From Gonapodya sp. JEL0774 (taxonomy: Eukaryota): a stretch of DNA of 47,707 bases. Location of the stretch: assembly GCA_027604505.1 (NCBI GenBank), contig JADIIX010000152.1, forward strand, positions 1 through 47,707, written 5' to 3'. The translations under genes were made by a program, and so were the position numbers. This document shows, one piece after another, positions 1 to 13,297 of the stretch; the first letter of the stretch is position 1; every line of letters begins with the position of its first letter. The notes under the pieces are model-generated. The model did no database searches. It was not told the DNA's origin and saw only the letters and a program-made list of their open reading frames with translations.

Positions 1-1238
1 GAGGGTCCGGACCGTGGATCCGGTGCGACAAGAATCGAAAAAACACCCACGATGCAGTTCACGGTGACACCTCGCCTGTTGCGTACACGCGCACACACAT
101 GCCCCAGCACGAGAAAAGAACAGAACCGACCCATTGCCCAAATCAGCCGTGCCCCGGTCAGTCACCGTCCAGTCCACTCAAATCCCACTCCGACTCCCGC
201 ACCCACTTCGCAAACATCATGCACAAAACCCTCGTCAAGTGCATCACCGCCGCCTTGCTTGTCGGGTAACTCGGCACCACGGTGCCCTCCTGGCCCAGCG
301 AGTTACCTTCTTCGACCATGACGCCGGCGAGGGAGGCGACGTTGATGACGCGGCTGGGGCTGGGGGGGAGTGTGGTGACCGGGGGAGTTGGAAAACGAGG
401 GCGCGCAAAGGGAAGAGGGCAGAGCTATGGGACGGTACATACTCTGCGTTGCCGTTGGAGGCCTTTTGGAGCATTGGGAGACAGGCGACAGAGAGGTAGT
501 AGATGCTGAAGGTTTGTTTTGCATTGTGGCGGGTGGTGGTTCAGTGTGCATCCTTGCACACGGGGCCACAGATGTAATTACGCACCATTTCACGTTCAGT
601 GCCAACAAGTCATCCTGACAGTGCAGAGACGGAACGATGAATGAGCGTTGTGGGGTCACGGTGGTTTGCCACCGGAGAAGGTCGTTACGTCACTCACCCA
701 CCCCTGCTTCTCGGGGAAGTTGTCCATCGGGGCACCCCACGTTATACCAGCGTTGTTCACTGACGGGCAGTTCCAAGGTGAGATGTGCCACGCGACCTCT
801 ATTCTGTCGAATCGAGTCGAGTCCGGAGACCGACCCCCGCCGCACTCACCCAAAACGTGCAACTTCCCCTCGGGTTCCCTCTCCGCCACAGCCTTTGCCA
901 GTGCATCGCAATCCGCCTTGTTCTTGAGCCCCATCGTGATCGGAATGCATTTCCCCCCTCCACCTCCTCGCCCGTACGCTGCGTTAATCTCCTCCGCCGC
1001 GGCCTCGATGACCGAGGCCTTGCGGGACGCGATGTACACCCGGGCACCGTTGCGGACGAGTGCCGCGGCGTACATTTTGCCGATACCAGTTCCTTAGGAG
1101 GGGGGGGGAGTGGAGAGAGTGGAGCTTGGAGAAACGAGAAACAACAACGACGACGAGCTCACCGCCTCCAGTGACCAGACAAACTTTTCCACTGACATCG
1201 AACAGAGATTTGACCTTGAGGTCTGCGGTGTTGGTCAT
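1..1238 (-). CDS. Short-chain dehydrogenase/reductase (classical SDR, RhlG-like), multi-exon; 3' end runs off the window start
   Basis: Spliced translation MTNTADLKVKSLFDVSGKVCLVTGGG|TGIGK...VNNAGITWGAPMDNFP...SRVINVASLAG...SYPTSKAAVMHLTR...GVTVNCI. Contains TGxxxGxG, NNAG and catalytic YxxxK motifs. ATG at 1238. Confidence 0.9.
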
Positions 1239-1375
1239 GGTTGCTCTTCGGAATCGGGTAATGGACGAGGCGAGCCGACGTATGCTGACTTCACCATTCC
1301 CACAGCCAGACTTGGAATTATCCAGCAATCATCCCATCGAACGACTCCGCATCATCAAGCGTGATAAATACATCG
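1239..1375. promoter_or_regulatory. Probable bidirectional promoter between the SDR and HADH genes
   Basis: Only 137 bp separate the two divergent ATGs (1238 and 1376). No specific motif identified. Confidence 0.5.
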
Positions 1376-2831
1376 ATGCAAAGACTACAAAGAGGAGTCC
1401 AAGCCAATTTCCGAATAACCGCCACCTCGAAATCGCGAGTTCCCTACCACCGATGCCTTTCCACCACTCATCCTGTACCCATGAAGGCCGCTCACCCATC
1501 TGCCGAGGCGCTGAACGTGAAAACCATTGCAGTTTATGGCTCAGGTAGCAGGTAGCGCCCTCGCTGCACTTTTGTAGGAACGACAAGTGACGGCGTTCGT
1601 CGGCCCTCCACCTGTATGTACGTACATACTCACACAGGTCTCATGGGAAGCGGTATCGTCCAAGCGGCGGCTTCTTCGGGATTTAAAGTGGTCATGTGCG
1701 ATGTTTCGGACGCTGCATTGGTGAACGGGCACAACTCCATCGCGGCTTCGCTCAAGAGGTTGGCCAGGCGGGCACATCCGACAGACGAGCCCTCGCAGAA
1801 TGAGTATGTCGCCTCGGCAATGTCGAATATCCAGAGCACGACCGATCCTCTTCTTGCCGTGGAGAGTGCGGACCTCGTGGTGGAAGCTGTCGTGGAAAAC
1901 CTGCGAGTGAAACAGGACCTGTTCCAAGCGCTCGACACCGTGGCAAAGGAGTCCAGTATCTTTACATCCAACACGTCGAGTTTGTTGATCTCGGAGATCG
2001 CCGCGATGCTTCCCAAAGCCAGGAGGGAGAGGTTCGCGGGTTGGCATTTTTTCAACCCGGTCGCGCAAATGAAACTCGTCGAGGTGAGATATATCCTGTT
2101 TGCGGCTGGGAGATGACACTTTAGTGGGCAACATTGGCGGAACTGATCTTTTGTCGACAAGGTCTCCCGTACAGCGGACACGTCATCCGCTGTGATCGAG
2201 TCTATCCTCGCCGTCACAAGGGCCATGGGCAAAACTCCTGTTGCTTGCAAGGATACGCCTGGGTGGGCTGCTCCCAACTTTGTTGGGCCGAGTGCGCTGG
2301 TGCTCTAAGTCGTTGCTTTTCCGTTGCACAGATTCGTGGTGAATCGATTGTTGGTTCCATTCTTGATGGAGGCTATCCGACTCGTTGAAAGAGGGGACGC
2401 TGATATCTTGGATGTAGATGTGGCCATGCAATTGGGTGCCGGGGTGAGTCTCGGTGCTCGACTTGCTTATGGAGCGTTCTAAATTGCTTTCTTCATTTCA
2501 GCATCCCATGGGACCTTTGACATTGGCAGACTACATTGGCTTAGATACTCTGAAATTCATTGTTGATGGTACTCTTGCGTGCTTTGTTGTGGTGACAGTT
2601 CGAGAGACTCAAGAATGTTTCGTCATCACTCAAGGGTGGCACAAAACCTCCCTTAAGGATGCATCCGCCTCTTCAACTTCTTTAGAATCGCTCTCACGGC
2701 CTTCTTTGCTTCTAAACGCGATGATTGAAAAGGGTTGGCTCGGCCGAAAAGGTGGTGTGGGGTTCTATCGGTATCACGGCGGAGGGGAGGCAAAGCCGAA
2801 TTGGGAGCTAGAGGAATTCATTCGGAGATGA
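1376..2831 (+). CDS. 3-hydroxyacyl-CoA dehydrogenase (HADH / 3-hydroxybutyryl-CoA dehydrogenase family) with probable mitochondrial presequence
   Basis: [13 protein letters not shown] nucleotide-binding motif, [17 protein letters not shown], catalytic [48 protein letters not shown]-terminus [31 protein letters not shown] is Arg/Ser/Thr-rich with no acidic residues. Alternative start at 1481. Confidence 0.92.
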
Positions 2832-3151
2832 GAATTCAAGATTTGTGCGCTTTTTGTCCTGGGGCTATAACTGGTTACGTAATGCAAAGTCTAAGTTGAG
2901 GAATACACGGATTTTACGAGCATTAGTAACACAAGCGACGCATTCTTCCTTGCTAGAGATTTAATTTTTGTATGCATTTTCGTATGGACGTCGTTTTACA
3001 ATATGCGCGTACAAACAGAAATGAGTTCGGGGGAACGACTGAACCCCAGTTACTTGTGTGTCAGAGTGATTGAGACCGAATCTTTCACCCATCCTCGCGA
3101 CCGGGACTTTCTCCCTGTGCGCTGGAGCAACATTCAGTGCACGTTTCAGAA

Positions 3152-6100
3152 ATGTCTCAACGGTACCCTGTGGCAGTCGCGCCCCCTAACCCTTCCTCGA
3201 GCGCACCCGAAATCAAACACATCCCGCCGTCGGTTATCGGTTCCCGAGAATCACTGAATGGTGACACGTGGGGTGGTAATGCTGGAAAGGGAAACGGCGG
3301 TGCTCCGGGAACCGGAATGGAAAGAGGAAGCGTGGGTGGAGGGGCTGCAGGGGCTTCACCGCCCGGTATTCGTCACAGCGTGGCGGCGAACGTAATAGCC
3401 AAGATTAATGACGCGGGAAAGACCAAGATTGACCATCAAGATTTGTCCGTCGTCGCTATGCCTGGCACTGGCGAAAAGGTTTCGACGAGAGAGCGCGTTG
3501 TGAAAGGTGAGTAGTTTCGGGTGAACCCCCAACTGGTCATTCATGGGATTGAGACGCTGGAATTCGGACGGTCAAGCAATCTGATGTTGTGTCAACCGGG
3601 CAGAGATTGGTTTGTTTTGTGGAGTGCCACCCTTGGTTTGCCGTCATGCTGCCAGCAATGATGTTGGGTTCCAAATCAGAATCAATTAGGAGCATCACAT
3701 TAACGGAGTTCTCCTTATGTCGCTTTCTCGCTATTTGTGCACGGATTCAGGAATGATTTCGATAATGTGCAGTCGAAGGCTTCTGCAGTGTTTGCGGACA
3801 TCCAAGAAGTGTTCTCACACGTTCATTGAAAGTGCGAGGCACTGCCTATGCAATTAAATTTGCCCTGTGTCGAGCGAGTCATGTCTGCATCGTGTGAAGC
3901 CCGCACTTACCCGTGTCCTGTCATACCGTTCATTCAGATGTTCCACCTCCAGCCACCTTGATCCCCACGGACGCTCAGTTCTGGTCTAAAAAGGACCCCA
4001 ATAAACCCGATTCTGACTTTCTGAAACAACATTTCTATCGAGAAGGGCGTCTTTCTGAGGACCAAGCAATGTGGATCCTCCAGAAAGGAACGGAGATGTT
4101 GCGAAGGGAACAGAACGTGCTGGATGTCGAAGCTCCCATAACAGGTGGGCACACAAAGCGAGCGAGAGAATACTCATATCGGAGTTGGAAGTCCCTTGGT
4201 AGGAGGAGCTGGTTGTACCGCATTACTGCGTTCTATTTTGGACGTCGTCCAGACATCATTCAGGTGGAAACGGAGGCTGACCGTTGCTCTGAAGCATTAC
4301 ATGATCAAGCCATCTTTGAAAGAGTTGGAGCCTTCTCATTGAGACTGGCTACCCAACACGGTCAAACGTTGGCAGTGGAGTTTGGAACACTCGAAACTAC
4401 CACCAGATCTACGGGAGATCTAACTTTCGCCTCATCCTAGTATGCGGTGATGTACACGGCCAATACTACGACCTCATGAAGCTGCTCGAGGTAGGAGGAA
4501 ACCCCGCCACCACAAGGTACCTGTTCTTGGGGGACTACGTGGACCGGGGATACTTCAGCATTGAGGTGGGAATTGGCAACTCAAATTATGTGGTCTCCAC
4601 CCTGACTTTTGGACTTGAATCTGCGCTGACCGCCACCCACCACGTGCAGTGCTATCTGTACCTCCTCACTCTCAAAATTTGGTATCCTAACACCATGGCC
4701 ATGCTGCGGGGTAATCACGAGTGTCGTCACCTCACGGACTACTTCACATTTAAGATAGAGTGTAAGTTTTCCCTCCTGGCCCCGGTCATAATGCCCTTGT
4801 GGAAACGGACACGCCATGGTTTCGCATTTACTACGTGATTGTCACATTACAGGCAAGCACAAGTACTCTGAGCGAGTCTATGAAGCGTGCCTTGAATCGT
4901 TTTGCGCCCTCCCCCTCGCCGCCATTCTCAACAAGCAATTCCTTTGTATCCATGGTGGACTTAGTCCTGAGATGACCAGTGTGCAGGACATTAGAAATGT
5001 GAGTTTTCAAAGTAACGCACAGATTTCCACCTGAAAACAGCTGTGTCTTCAACGTGTTGTGGGCAATCCCTATGATCAACTCCAATTTTGTTTCGTGTGC
5101 GAATCCCAGCTCAACCGTTTTCGTGAACCTCCCACTCATGGGCTTATGTGTGACCTTCTGTGGGCGGATCCCATCGAGGACTTTGGTCAAGAAAAGAACG
5201 CCGACTTTTACTCTCATAATCACGTGCGCGGCTGTTCTTATTTTTTCTCGTAAGTGAATCTCTTATGAGACGTGGTGTTATTCACGTGAACATCCACCAT
5301 CTCGTACATCACATAAACGTTCTCATTTAGTTACAACGCCGCTTGCACCTTTCTCGAGAACAATAACCTTCTCTCCCTCATTCGTGCACACGAGGCACAA
5401 GATGCAGGTTATCGGATGTACCGGAAGACTAAGACCACTGGGTTCCCTTCAGTCATCACAATTTTTTCGGCTCCCAATTATCTCGACGTGTACAACAACA
5501 AAGGTGAATTGAGGAGTATCATGCTGTACCCTTTTTGAACAATTGCAGATTCTTTTCGGATGAATTTCGTTCCTATCATATCCTCGTGGCAGCCGCTGTT
5601 CTCAAGTACGAGAACAATGTCATGAATATTCGACAGTTCAATTGGTAAGATCAGTGACATTTCTTGTTCAAACCAGATGCTCTTGTATCTTGAATGATTG
5701 GATTTGTTCATCACCAGTACTCCCCACCCATACTGGCTTCCAAATTTCATGGACGTTTTCACCTGGTCGCTTCCTTTCGTCGGGGAGAAGATCACCGACA
5801 TGTTACTCGGCATACTGAACATCTGCACGAAAGAGGAACTAGAGTCAGACGAGCCTTTGGAGGAGAAAACCAGCAGCGCACCTAAACGTAAGCTTCACTC
5901 GACGTGATTTTTTGCGCGTCTTCCGTTCCTTATGTTCTTGTCACATGTCATGATCTTCAGCTGACGCCGAGCAACGGAGAATCATCATTAAGAACAAAGT
6001 TCTTGCCGTTGGACGGATGGCAAGAGCTTTCAACACTCTCCGCGAGGAATCTGAAAATATTGCAGAGCTCAAGGCAGTAATGGGAGTGTCGGCTCTGCCC

Positions 6101-6712
6101 GCTGGAACCTTGGCGTTAGGAGCAGAGGGAATCAAGAAGGGTCTGTTTCCCCAATTATTCAAACATCATTTTGCCGTTGACCCATGGCGCTAACCGCGTT
6201 GATATTTGTCAGCTATCCAAACTTTCGAGGAAGCGAAGGACGCTGACCAGGACAACGAACGTTTACCACCTATGGGTGGGAATGAGCACTCAACTGGCTC
6301 GCTGGGTCGCAAGCAAGCGAAGGATGCGGCTCGCCGTAGCTCCGGAGCTTACTCGGATAGTGGATCTCCTCCCCCGAAATCACCATCCCCTGCCTCGGGA
6401 GCCTCCACCTCTGTCCCAGCATCACCTGTCTCAGTAATGTCCGCATCCTCGGGAGCGACACGACGGAGTGCGGAACCCACGGCCGGAATGTTGCCAAAGA
6501 GAGTATCGGAGGACGGAGTACCTGGAATTGCAGCGCCGCTGCCGCGTTTTGCCGGCCCAGACTCTCAGGGTGCTTACGCGAAAGAATCACGTAGTAGTGA
6601 CCCCTATAGCAGGGGGGGCGAGAGTGCACCTGTTCCTCCTCCTAGACGGACAATCGCAGACGTTTTGACAGGGGTTAAGGATGGGAAGAGCGCTCGAAAC
6701 GGCAAGAGGTAG
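3152..6712 (+). CDS. CNA1: Serine/threonine protein phosphatase 2B (calcineurin) catalytic subunit A
   Basis: PPP motifs [48 protein letters not shown]. CnB-binding [23 protein letters not shown], CaM-binding [16 protein letters not shown] and autoinhibitory [16 protein letters not shown] segments. About 11 GT-AG introns splice in frame. Confidence 0.97.
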
Positions 6713-6830
6713 AAGTACTTTGGACTGACATGATGCTATTGTTTGCTATATTAACAGTAATAGGAAAATTCAATCAATTTGTGATGCAGAAGGCAATTGC
6801 ACCATGCGAGTGTGTGTCAATTCTAAACAT

Positions 6831-9800
6831 TCATGTCCGTTTCAGCAAAGGGAACTCATCCATGGAAAGTCTGTCCTCTTCATCATGGGACTCGGTTCGA
6901 GTGTTTTGTGGTTTCATCCAAACGCCCGCGAATTTCAAAAGCTCCCCAGGCAATAAAATAATCGCAACAGACGCTAACCATAGGAGCCCGATTGAATCCC
7001 AAGCTAGTGCTGGGAGTCCCAGTACATCGTTCAAACCTGGGATGAAGGTGACGGCGATTCCAGTTCCAAACGCCGCGAGCGCCCACAAGATAAATGCCAC
7101 ATTCGAGAAGAACCCGTGGTGAAACAGAGGCGTATTTCGTGTGCGGAGCTCAAGACCCAGCACGACGTGTCCGATCAGCCAAGCCATGAAGGCAAGCGAC
7201 ATTGGGATCCGCGAGTCAGCGGACGGGTCGGATGGAAGAAGGTAGAAATGCCCCACGAAGAAGGCACCAGCCACCACGACAAACAACGATATGCCAGAGA
7301 AAAATATGGCGAGGAGCGTTGACCTGCCGAACACCTCCTCCGCGGACTTGGAAGGTCGGCGATCCATGATTCTGCCTTCAGCCTTTTCAAGGGTGTATGT
7401 AGCAGAAGCTCCTGTCACACACAAATGGGGACGACAAATGAGTCTACATCATAACGCAAAACGCACCACAAATTCACGCACCCAGGTCCATGAACATTTC
7501 GAGTACAATTACGTGCACGGGATTCAAAGGGAGGGCCCCAAACGCTGCGAGGGAAACAACAAATAGGGAAACGAGCTTCATAGCAAGAGAAGGTTACGAG
7601 GAAGGGTTGTTGATTTAAGTGTGTCCAGAGACAAACTTGTGGTCGGCATGTACTCACCGCAAGCTTGCATGCCAAGTAGAACACAATCGTCTTCCTCACA
7701 TTGTCGTGCATTCTACGACCTTCACGAATACATTCAATGAGGCCCGAAATGCCGCCCTCGGGCGAAAGGAGAACGAGTGATGCGGAGTCCATGGCAACGT
7801 CCTGAACCATGACGCCATTGCCATGGTGACCACGGAGGGGAACGATTGGACAGTTGACGTTCCGTTGGTCCGAGGTAAACATGTTGGACTGAAGGGCACT
7901 CACAGTTCTGTTCATCGCTCCACCGACAGCGATACCAACGTCGGCTTTCGCGAGTGCGGGTCCGTCATTGGCGCCGTCTCCAATCATGGCCACCACATGC
8001 CCATCCTTTTGCAGCGCCTCCACAAACTTGAGTTTATCCACTGGCGTCATCCGGGACAGAACCCGAAGTCCCGTCGACTCAGCATCGGTCTTGTCCATGA
8101 GCGGTTTCATTTCGATCCCGGATACTGAGGTTCCTTGTGTTGCGGGACCGAGCAGGATTCCCACGTCCTTGGCTACCGCCACTGCCGTAGCCTCCGAATC
8201 ACCCGTTACCATCACGATGTGAATGCCCGCATTCTGAAGTTGTCGAACGGTCTCGGCAGAGGATGGGTGGATGGGATCGTGGAAAGCGAGAGCACCCACG
8301 AACGAAAAGTCCTCCGAGTCGAGAATATCAACCCCCGCTCCCATCGATACAGATTCAGCCAATCGAATCGCAAACGCGATCAAGCGATCCGTTCCGGACT
8401 TCTCAGCTAGCTGATTCGGGAGCACATGTCTATCGATGGGAGCGTGGTGGGCTGCACCGGTCATGACCTTGACCATTGACTCCTCCAAGGTAGCACTTGA
8501 GGACACCAGAGCAGACGAGCACCGCGCAATGACTTTCTCGGGAGCGCCCTTGAGGACGACCACACGCCTGGCATTGGGGGAGGACTCTGCAGGGGCTGAT
8601 GACCTGGATCGGCCAGATATCTTTGTGGTGGGATCAAAGGACACTTCCCCGTCCGTGTGAGGGAACGAAGTGATAATGCGTTCCATTGTTGTAATGGGTA
8701 CGGCTGTTTGACCAACCTCACCCTTCAAAAAGTCCAACACCGCGCTATCAAAGTAGTCCAGCTCCGACGCACCCGCAGGCTCCTTCATGTCCTCGATGCC
8801 AGTGGAGAGCACCCAAGCAGACAAGAGGGGAGCCATGATGTCGAGGGTCGCGCCACCCGACGCATGAACGGGAGGACTTCGCAGCTCGGTGGACACTGCC
8901 TTGAGACCGATACCCCTCAAAGAAGGGTCATACGATTCCACGACAATGGCGCCCCGCAGAACCATGCCTGTGCCTCTCGTCAAGGTTCCCGTCTTGTCAG
9001 TGCACAGAATGTTGATGGACCCCATTGCATCCGCAGCCTTGAGTTTCCTCACGAGCATACCCCCAGCGGCGAGCCGTCTGGCACCCACGGCCAGTACGGC
9101 TTTGATGATGAGAGGTAGCTCCTCGGGAATGGTTGCGAACGCGAGGGACATGGCGGTGAGGAGCGCAATGTGCCAGGGGCGTCCGACATACATGACGAGC
9201 AGGAAGACCGCAAAGGAGACGAGGATGGCGAGATAGGTGAGAGATAAGGCGGCGGCTTTGAGGAGTTTCTGGATGGGTGTTTTGCCCTCTTTCGCGTGTT
9301 TGCGGGAAAGGGAGCGGAATCGGGCGTATTGGGTTGAGAGGCCGATGGCGGTGGCGACAAATGTGCCTAGTTGGAGAGGGAGGACGAGACGACGTTTTTA
9401 CGGTTGGATTAGATTGAGACGCCCTAAGTTCGGCACGTACACATGGAATTAGTCTGATATGTGCGGGGCAAACAGCTCACCTCGGCCTGAAGTAACGTTC
9501 GTCATCGCATATGCCCTGGTTGTGGTGAGATCCGATTGCTTCGGAGAGGAGGAGGGGGAAAAGGGGGCGGAGGAGGAGGAGGAGTTGGGAAGGGCAGCCT
9601 TAGAGACCGGCACGGCCTCGCCCGACAGCATGCTCTCGTCAATGCTGAGTCCAACAGCCTCCACGATGAGGGCATCACAAGGGACTTTTTGGCCTCGAGA
9701 CAGAAAAAAAACGTCGCCTGATACGCCAAGAATGTGGTGGATGGGGTTGGGAGGGAGACTTGAGTACAAGTTCGGGACGGAATGATGCATTGGTGCCCAG

Positions 9801-10328
9801 GGTACCAACCGGGGACCAGGAACTCGGAATTCAGCACAGTAGGCTGCCCGTCACGTAGTACGCGAACATTGTAGGATATAGAACCTTGCAATCGATCCAG
9901 AGAGGTTTTGGCTGTGTACTCGGTGTGCACCTCGACGCCAACGACGAGGAAAATGGTGATGAAGATGGTGACTATATAGGCAACCGAGTGTCAATATCAC
10001 AGTTAATCCGCCGATTGTGAATGGAGAAAGACCATTTCCTCCAAGCTCTCCCTTACCGGTATCCAGTAGGTCTCCCCAAATGGAATACAGGACGCCCACC
10101 GCAAAGAGCAGGAGTATCTGCGGCTCGCGAATCTCTTCCCAAGCAACAGAAACAAAACTCCTAGAGACTTTGGGATCATCGAGCTGATTTCGACCTGAAT
10201 CGAGACGCAATCGGGTTTTGCCAATGACGTGTGCGTAAGAAGGACGGAACGCAGCACTCACCGCACGAGTCCCGGAGTCTGTCCGCTTCCAAGGAAGAAA
10301 GACCCGAAGTCTTTACGACCGCGTCCAT
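6831..10328 (-). CDS. Cation-transporting P-type ATPase (P2-like, prokaryote-type motif set)
   Basis: MDAVVKTSGLSSLEADRL...NQL; DESMLSGEAVPVSK; IPEELP; phosphorylation site DKTGTLT; KGAPE; MVTGDS; GDGANDGPALAKADVGIA; FYLACKLA; PVHVIVLEMFMDLGASATY; C-terminal transmembrane helices. Confidence 0.93.
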
Positions 10329-10545
10329 GTAAAAATTAAGACGAATTTCAGCGGCAGCGTTGGCAGGGTTTATTTTGGGAAAGAAGGTTTTGGCCCTCTG
10401 GTGCGTATGTGTGGCACCTCCCTGTGTGATCTCCCCTCAGATTGTCCTCCGGTGTTCAGCACAAGGTGGGTTCAACGCTGCCGCTCCTCCCAACCAAAAA
10501 CTGAACACACAAAACGAAAAGAACGCTGTTTTCTGAAGAAACTCA

Positions 10546-12623
10546 ATGGATCATCAATCATCGTACAGAGCGTCTCTTGACAGCTCGCCACCGTTGCTGG
10601 TTGCAAGCGGTCAACTGGCAGGCATCAACAACAAACGCCCGCGACGTTTGGCTGCACCCAACTCGCTTCTGGGATCCTGGATATGGCGATTCCTCGAAAT
10701 CACTGGGCTAACAGTCGTCACTTCAATCTCCCGCGATGCCGCCATTCTTTTGGTAACCCGATGCATGAGGTTGTTTGCCCACGGCTTGATTTCCGTCCCT
10801 CTGGGTCTGTATCTCCAAGAGTTGGGCTTTTCTGACCAGAAAATCGGACTTCTCCTCACACTCATTTTTGTGGTGAGTTTGTGCGATCCATCATCATGGA
10901 TGTGCCGTCAAATACGAGTTGAGTGTTGAGGGTTCGCTCATCACTACCACCAACGTCCCCTCACTGCACATAGGGTGATGCTCTCTTTTCTCTTTTCGTC
11001 ACCTATAATGCAGACCGGTTCGGCCGACGTCGAATCCTCGTTTTAGAGGTGATTATATTTCTCCGGCGTGGCCTAGGTGTGCACACCACATATCCAGATC
11101 CAAACAACTCGCCCATTCTTTCTCCCTAACAGACTTCCCTCATGATACTCGGTGGACTCGTCTACGCATGGGCACCATTTGAAGCTGACTATCGCTTTGC
11201 TGTGCTCGCGGCAGCTGGTGTCTTTGGTGCGTCCATTCTCTCTCATTGCATATCCATCTCCCTTCAACACTCTTTGCGCACACTCACGTGTTGTTTTATT
11301 TTCGTTTCTTGCTCCCACCGATCACACTTTCAGGCGTCTTAAACCCTCTCGGCATGGAAGCACTCGAACAAAGCGCTATCAGCGGCTGTGTTGAGCCCGC
11401 CCAACGCACCATGGTCTTCTCTTGGAGCCAGGCATTCGCCTACGTCTTCTCCGCCCTGGGCGCCGTCTCATCAGGTCTCATTACCAACGCCGTGGATTCA
11501 TCCGTTTCGAAACTCGACGGGTACCGCATCGTCATGGCAACCTACGCGGCTATTGGATTGGTTCTGGGACTCACATTCTGCACTCTCTCAAAGGAAGTTG
11601 AGGTTTTCGGTGACGACGAAAAGGATGCGAAGGCCACCACCACCAGCGCCGACCTGGAAGCTACCTCTTCGGATGCGCCCCCTTCTTATACCCCTACCGA
11701 ACCACTCTCCACCGAACCCCTTCCCCGCGAGCTCCGCCGCACCATCTTCCACCTGTGCCTTCTTTTCTCCATCGACGCCTTTGCTGGCTCCCTGGTCCGC
11801 GAGTCCATGCTCGCCCTGTGGTTCCACGAGCGATACGGAATGAGCTTGGGCACCTTGGCGCCGATATTGGGTGTTGCGCAGATCTTGGCGGGAGCGAGTA
11901 CGCTGCTTTCACCGCACTTTGCGTCGTGGTTGGGGTTGGTGAGGACAAGTGAGTGGTGCCGATTTTCTCGGGGGTCATGCGCCAGTTTCGCTCACTGGTC
12001 GGATGCCTATTGTTCCCTGCATCTAGTCGCATTCACGGATCTTCCCTCGAGCATCCTTGTCGCCCTCCTCCCCATGACCGTCCCCAACCTCTCCGCCACC
12101 ACAGCATTCCTGTTCATTCGCTCCTCCATCTCGGAAATGGTGCGCGAGCTTTCTTCATATTCTTGCCGAACGTTTCCCTCGTTTATCACTCACTCTACTT
12201 GACTTTTCACACATCCTTCTTCCCATGTCAGGACGTAGCCCCGCGCACAGCCTACGTCACGTCCATCGTGCCTCCGCAGTCTCGCACGGCCATCCTCGGT
12301 ATCACCAGCATCGTGCGCTCCCTCGCAAGGGCCATGGGACCCAGCGTGACTGGGTACCTGAGTACCAACGGAATGTTTGACACGGCCTTTATCTTGTGTG
12401 GAGGGTTGAAGATCGCGTACGGTGAGTAGAGACATCGCGAACCAAGGATCGCGCGTTCTGGTCGTCGCCTGACCATCACACCTCAAATTGCCTAGATGTG
12501 CTCCTCCTCTGGTCGTTCGACTCAGTAAAGCCACCTCAGGAAATCGTCCGGGTCTCTGCTGCCCCTGCCGCGGAGATTTCAGAGGAGCAGGCTGTGGACG
12601 AGCGGACGCCGTTGTTGGCGTGA
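10546..12623 (+). CDS. Major facilitator superfamily transporter
   Basis: Spliced model gives RCMRLFAHGLISVPLGLYL...GDALFSLFVTYNADRFGRRRIL (MFS motif A), FSIDAFAGSL, GLVRT, SEM|DVAPRTAYV, and about 12 hydrophobic segments. Stop TGA at 12621-12623. Confidence 0.88.
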
Positions 12624-13297
12624 AGGGACTTGAAAAAATACGAATCCCTGGCCAGGGATGGACGTGCGGTTTCAGTCACTTTGTTGGATTTTTTGTTTGA
12701 TGCATGTGGTGGTGGTCCATAGTTGGGACCCTGGTAGGTCTGGGAGAGATGGTTGACGTGGCGGAAGAGTCATGTGGATCGTCATGTGCGTTCGGTGTGT
12801 TGTGTATTGTTCAATTCTCACGAGGGCTGGGTTCACAAGTGTGTTTGGATAATCAATGTCAATTGTAGAATATCTATTATATCAATGTCAAGAGTGTGAG
12901 TCATTATTACATGACAGTCTAATGTTGAGACAAGCCTCAATGCTGAATCCGAAATGCTGGAGGTGTGCATGAACGATGTCCGTTGACAGTAAAAAGAACA
13001 CCGGTACAGTGAGCACGTGGTACGTCTGGTTTGTGCTTTGATACGATTATGGAGGTCGAAGTTCTGCATGATCCCACTTCCGCCCTGTTGACTACTCAAT
13101 TCCGCATCCTGCGGCTGGCGCCTACCCTCCACCACCACATCCTCACGTCCGACCATTTCATCTCGCACACTCCTTGCGCACCGCGCGTCCCCATGAGCAC
13201 TCAAGATTCTAGAGTCAAAGGAATGGGAGGAGAAGGATTTGCAATACCCCGTTAAGCGCGATGCAGTACGCCCGCCGGTAGTAGATGTATTTAAAAC

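Noticed and set aside
3508..4440. Long calcineurin introns (~430 and ~295 bp) as snoRNA hosts
   Set aside because: I could not identify a properly spaced C/D box pair with a terminal stem or an H/ACA architecture by eye.
10425..10500. ggtgggttcaacgctgcc resembling a tRNA T-arm / B-box
   Set aside because: I could not build a cloverleaf (no acceptor, D or anticodon stems). It lies in the divergent ATPase/MFS promoter.
12624..13297. ORFs 12833-13204 and 13031-13255 and a short atcaatgtcaa repeat between the convergent MFS and BLOC1S2 genes
   Set aside because: No recognisable domain or splice-supported structure, and the repeat is too short to call an element.
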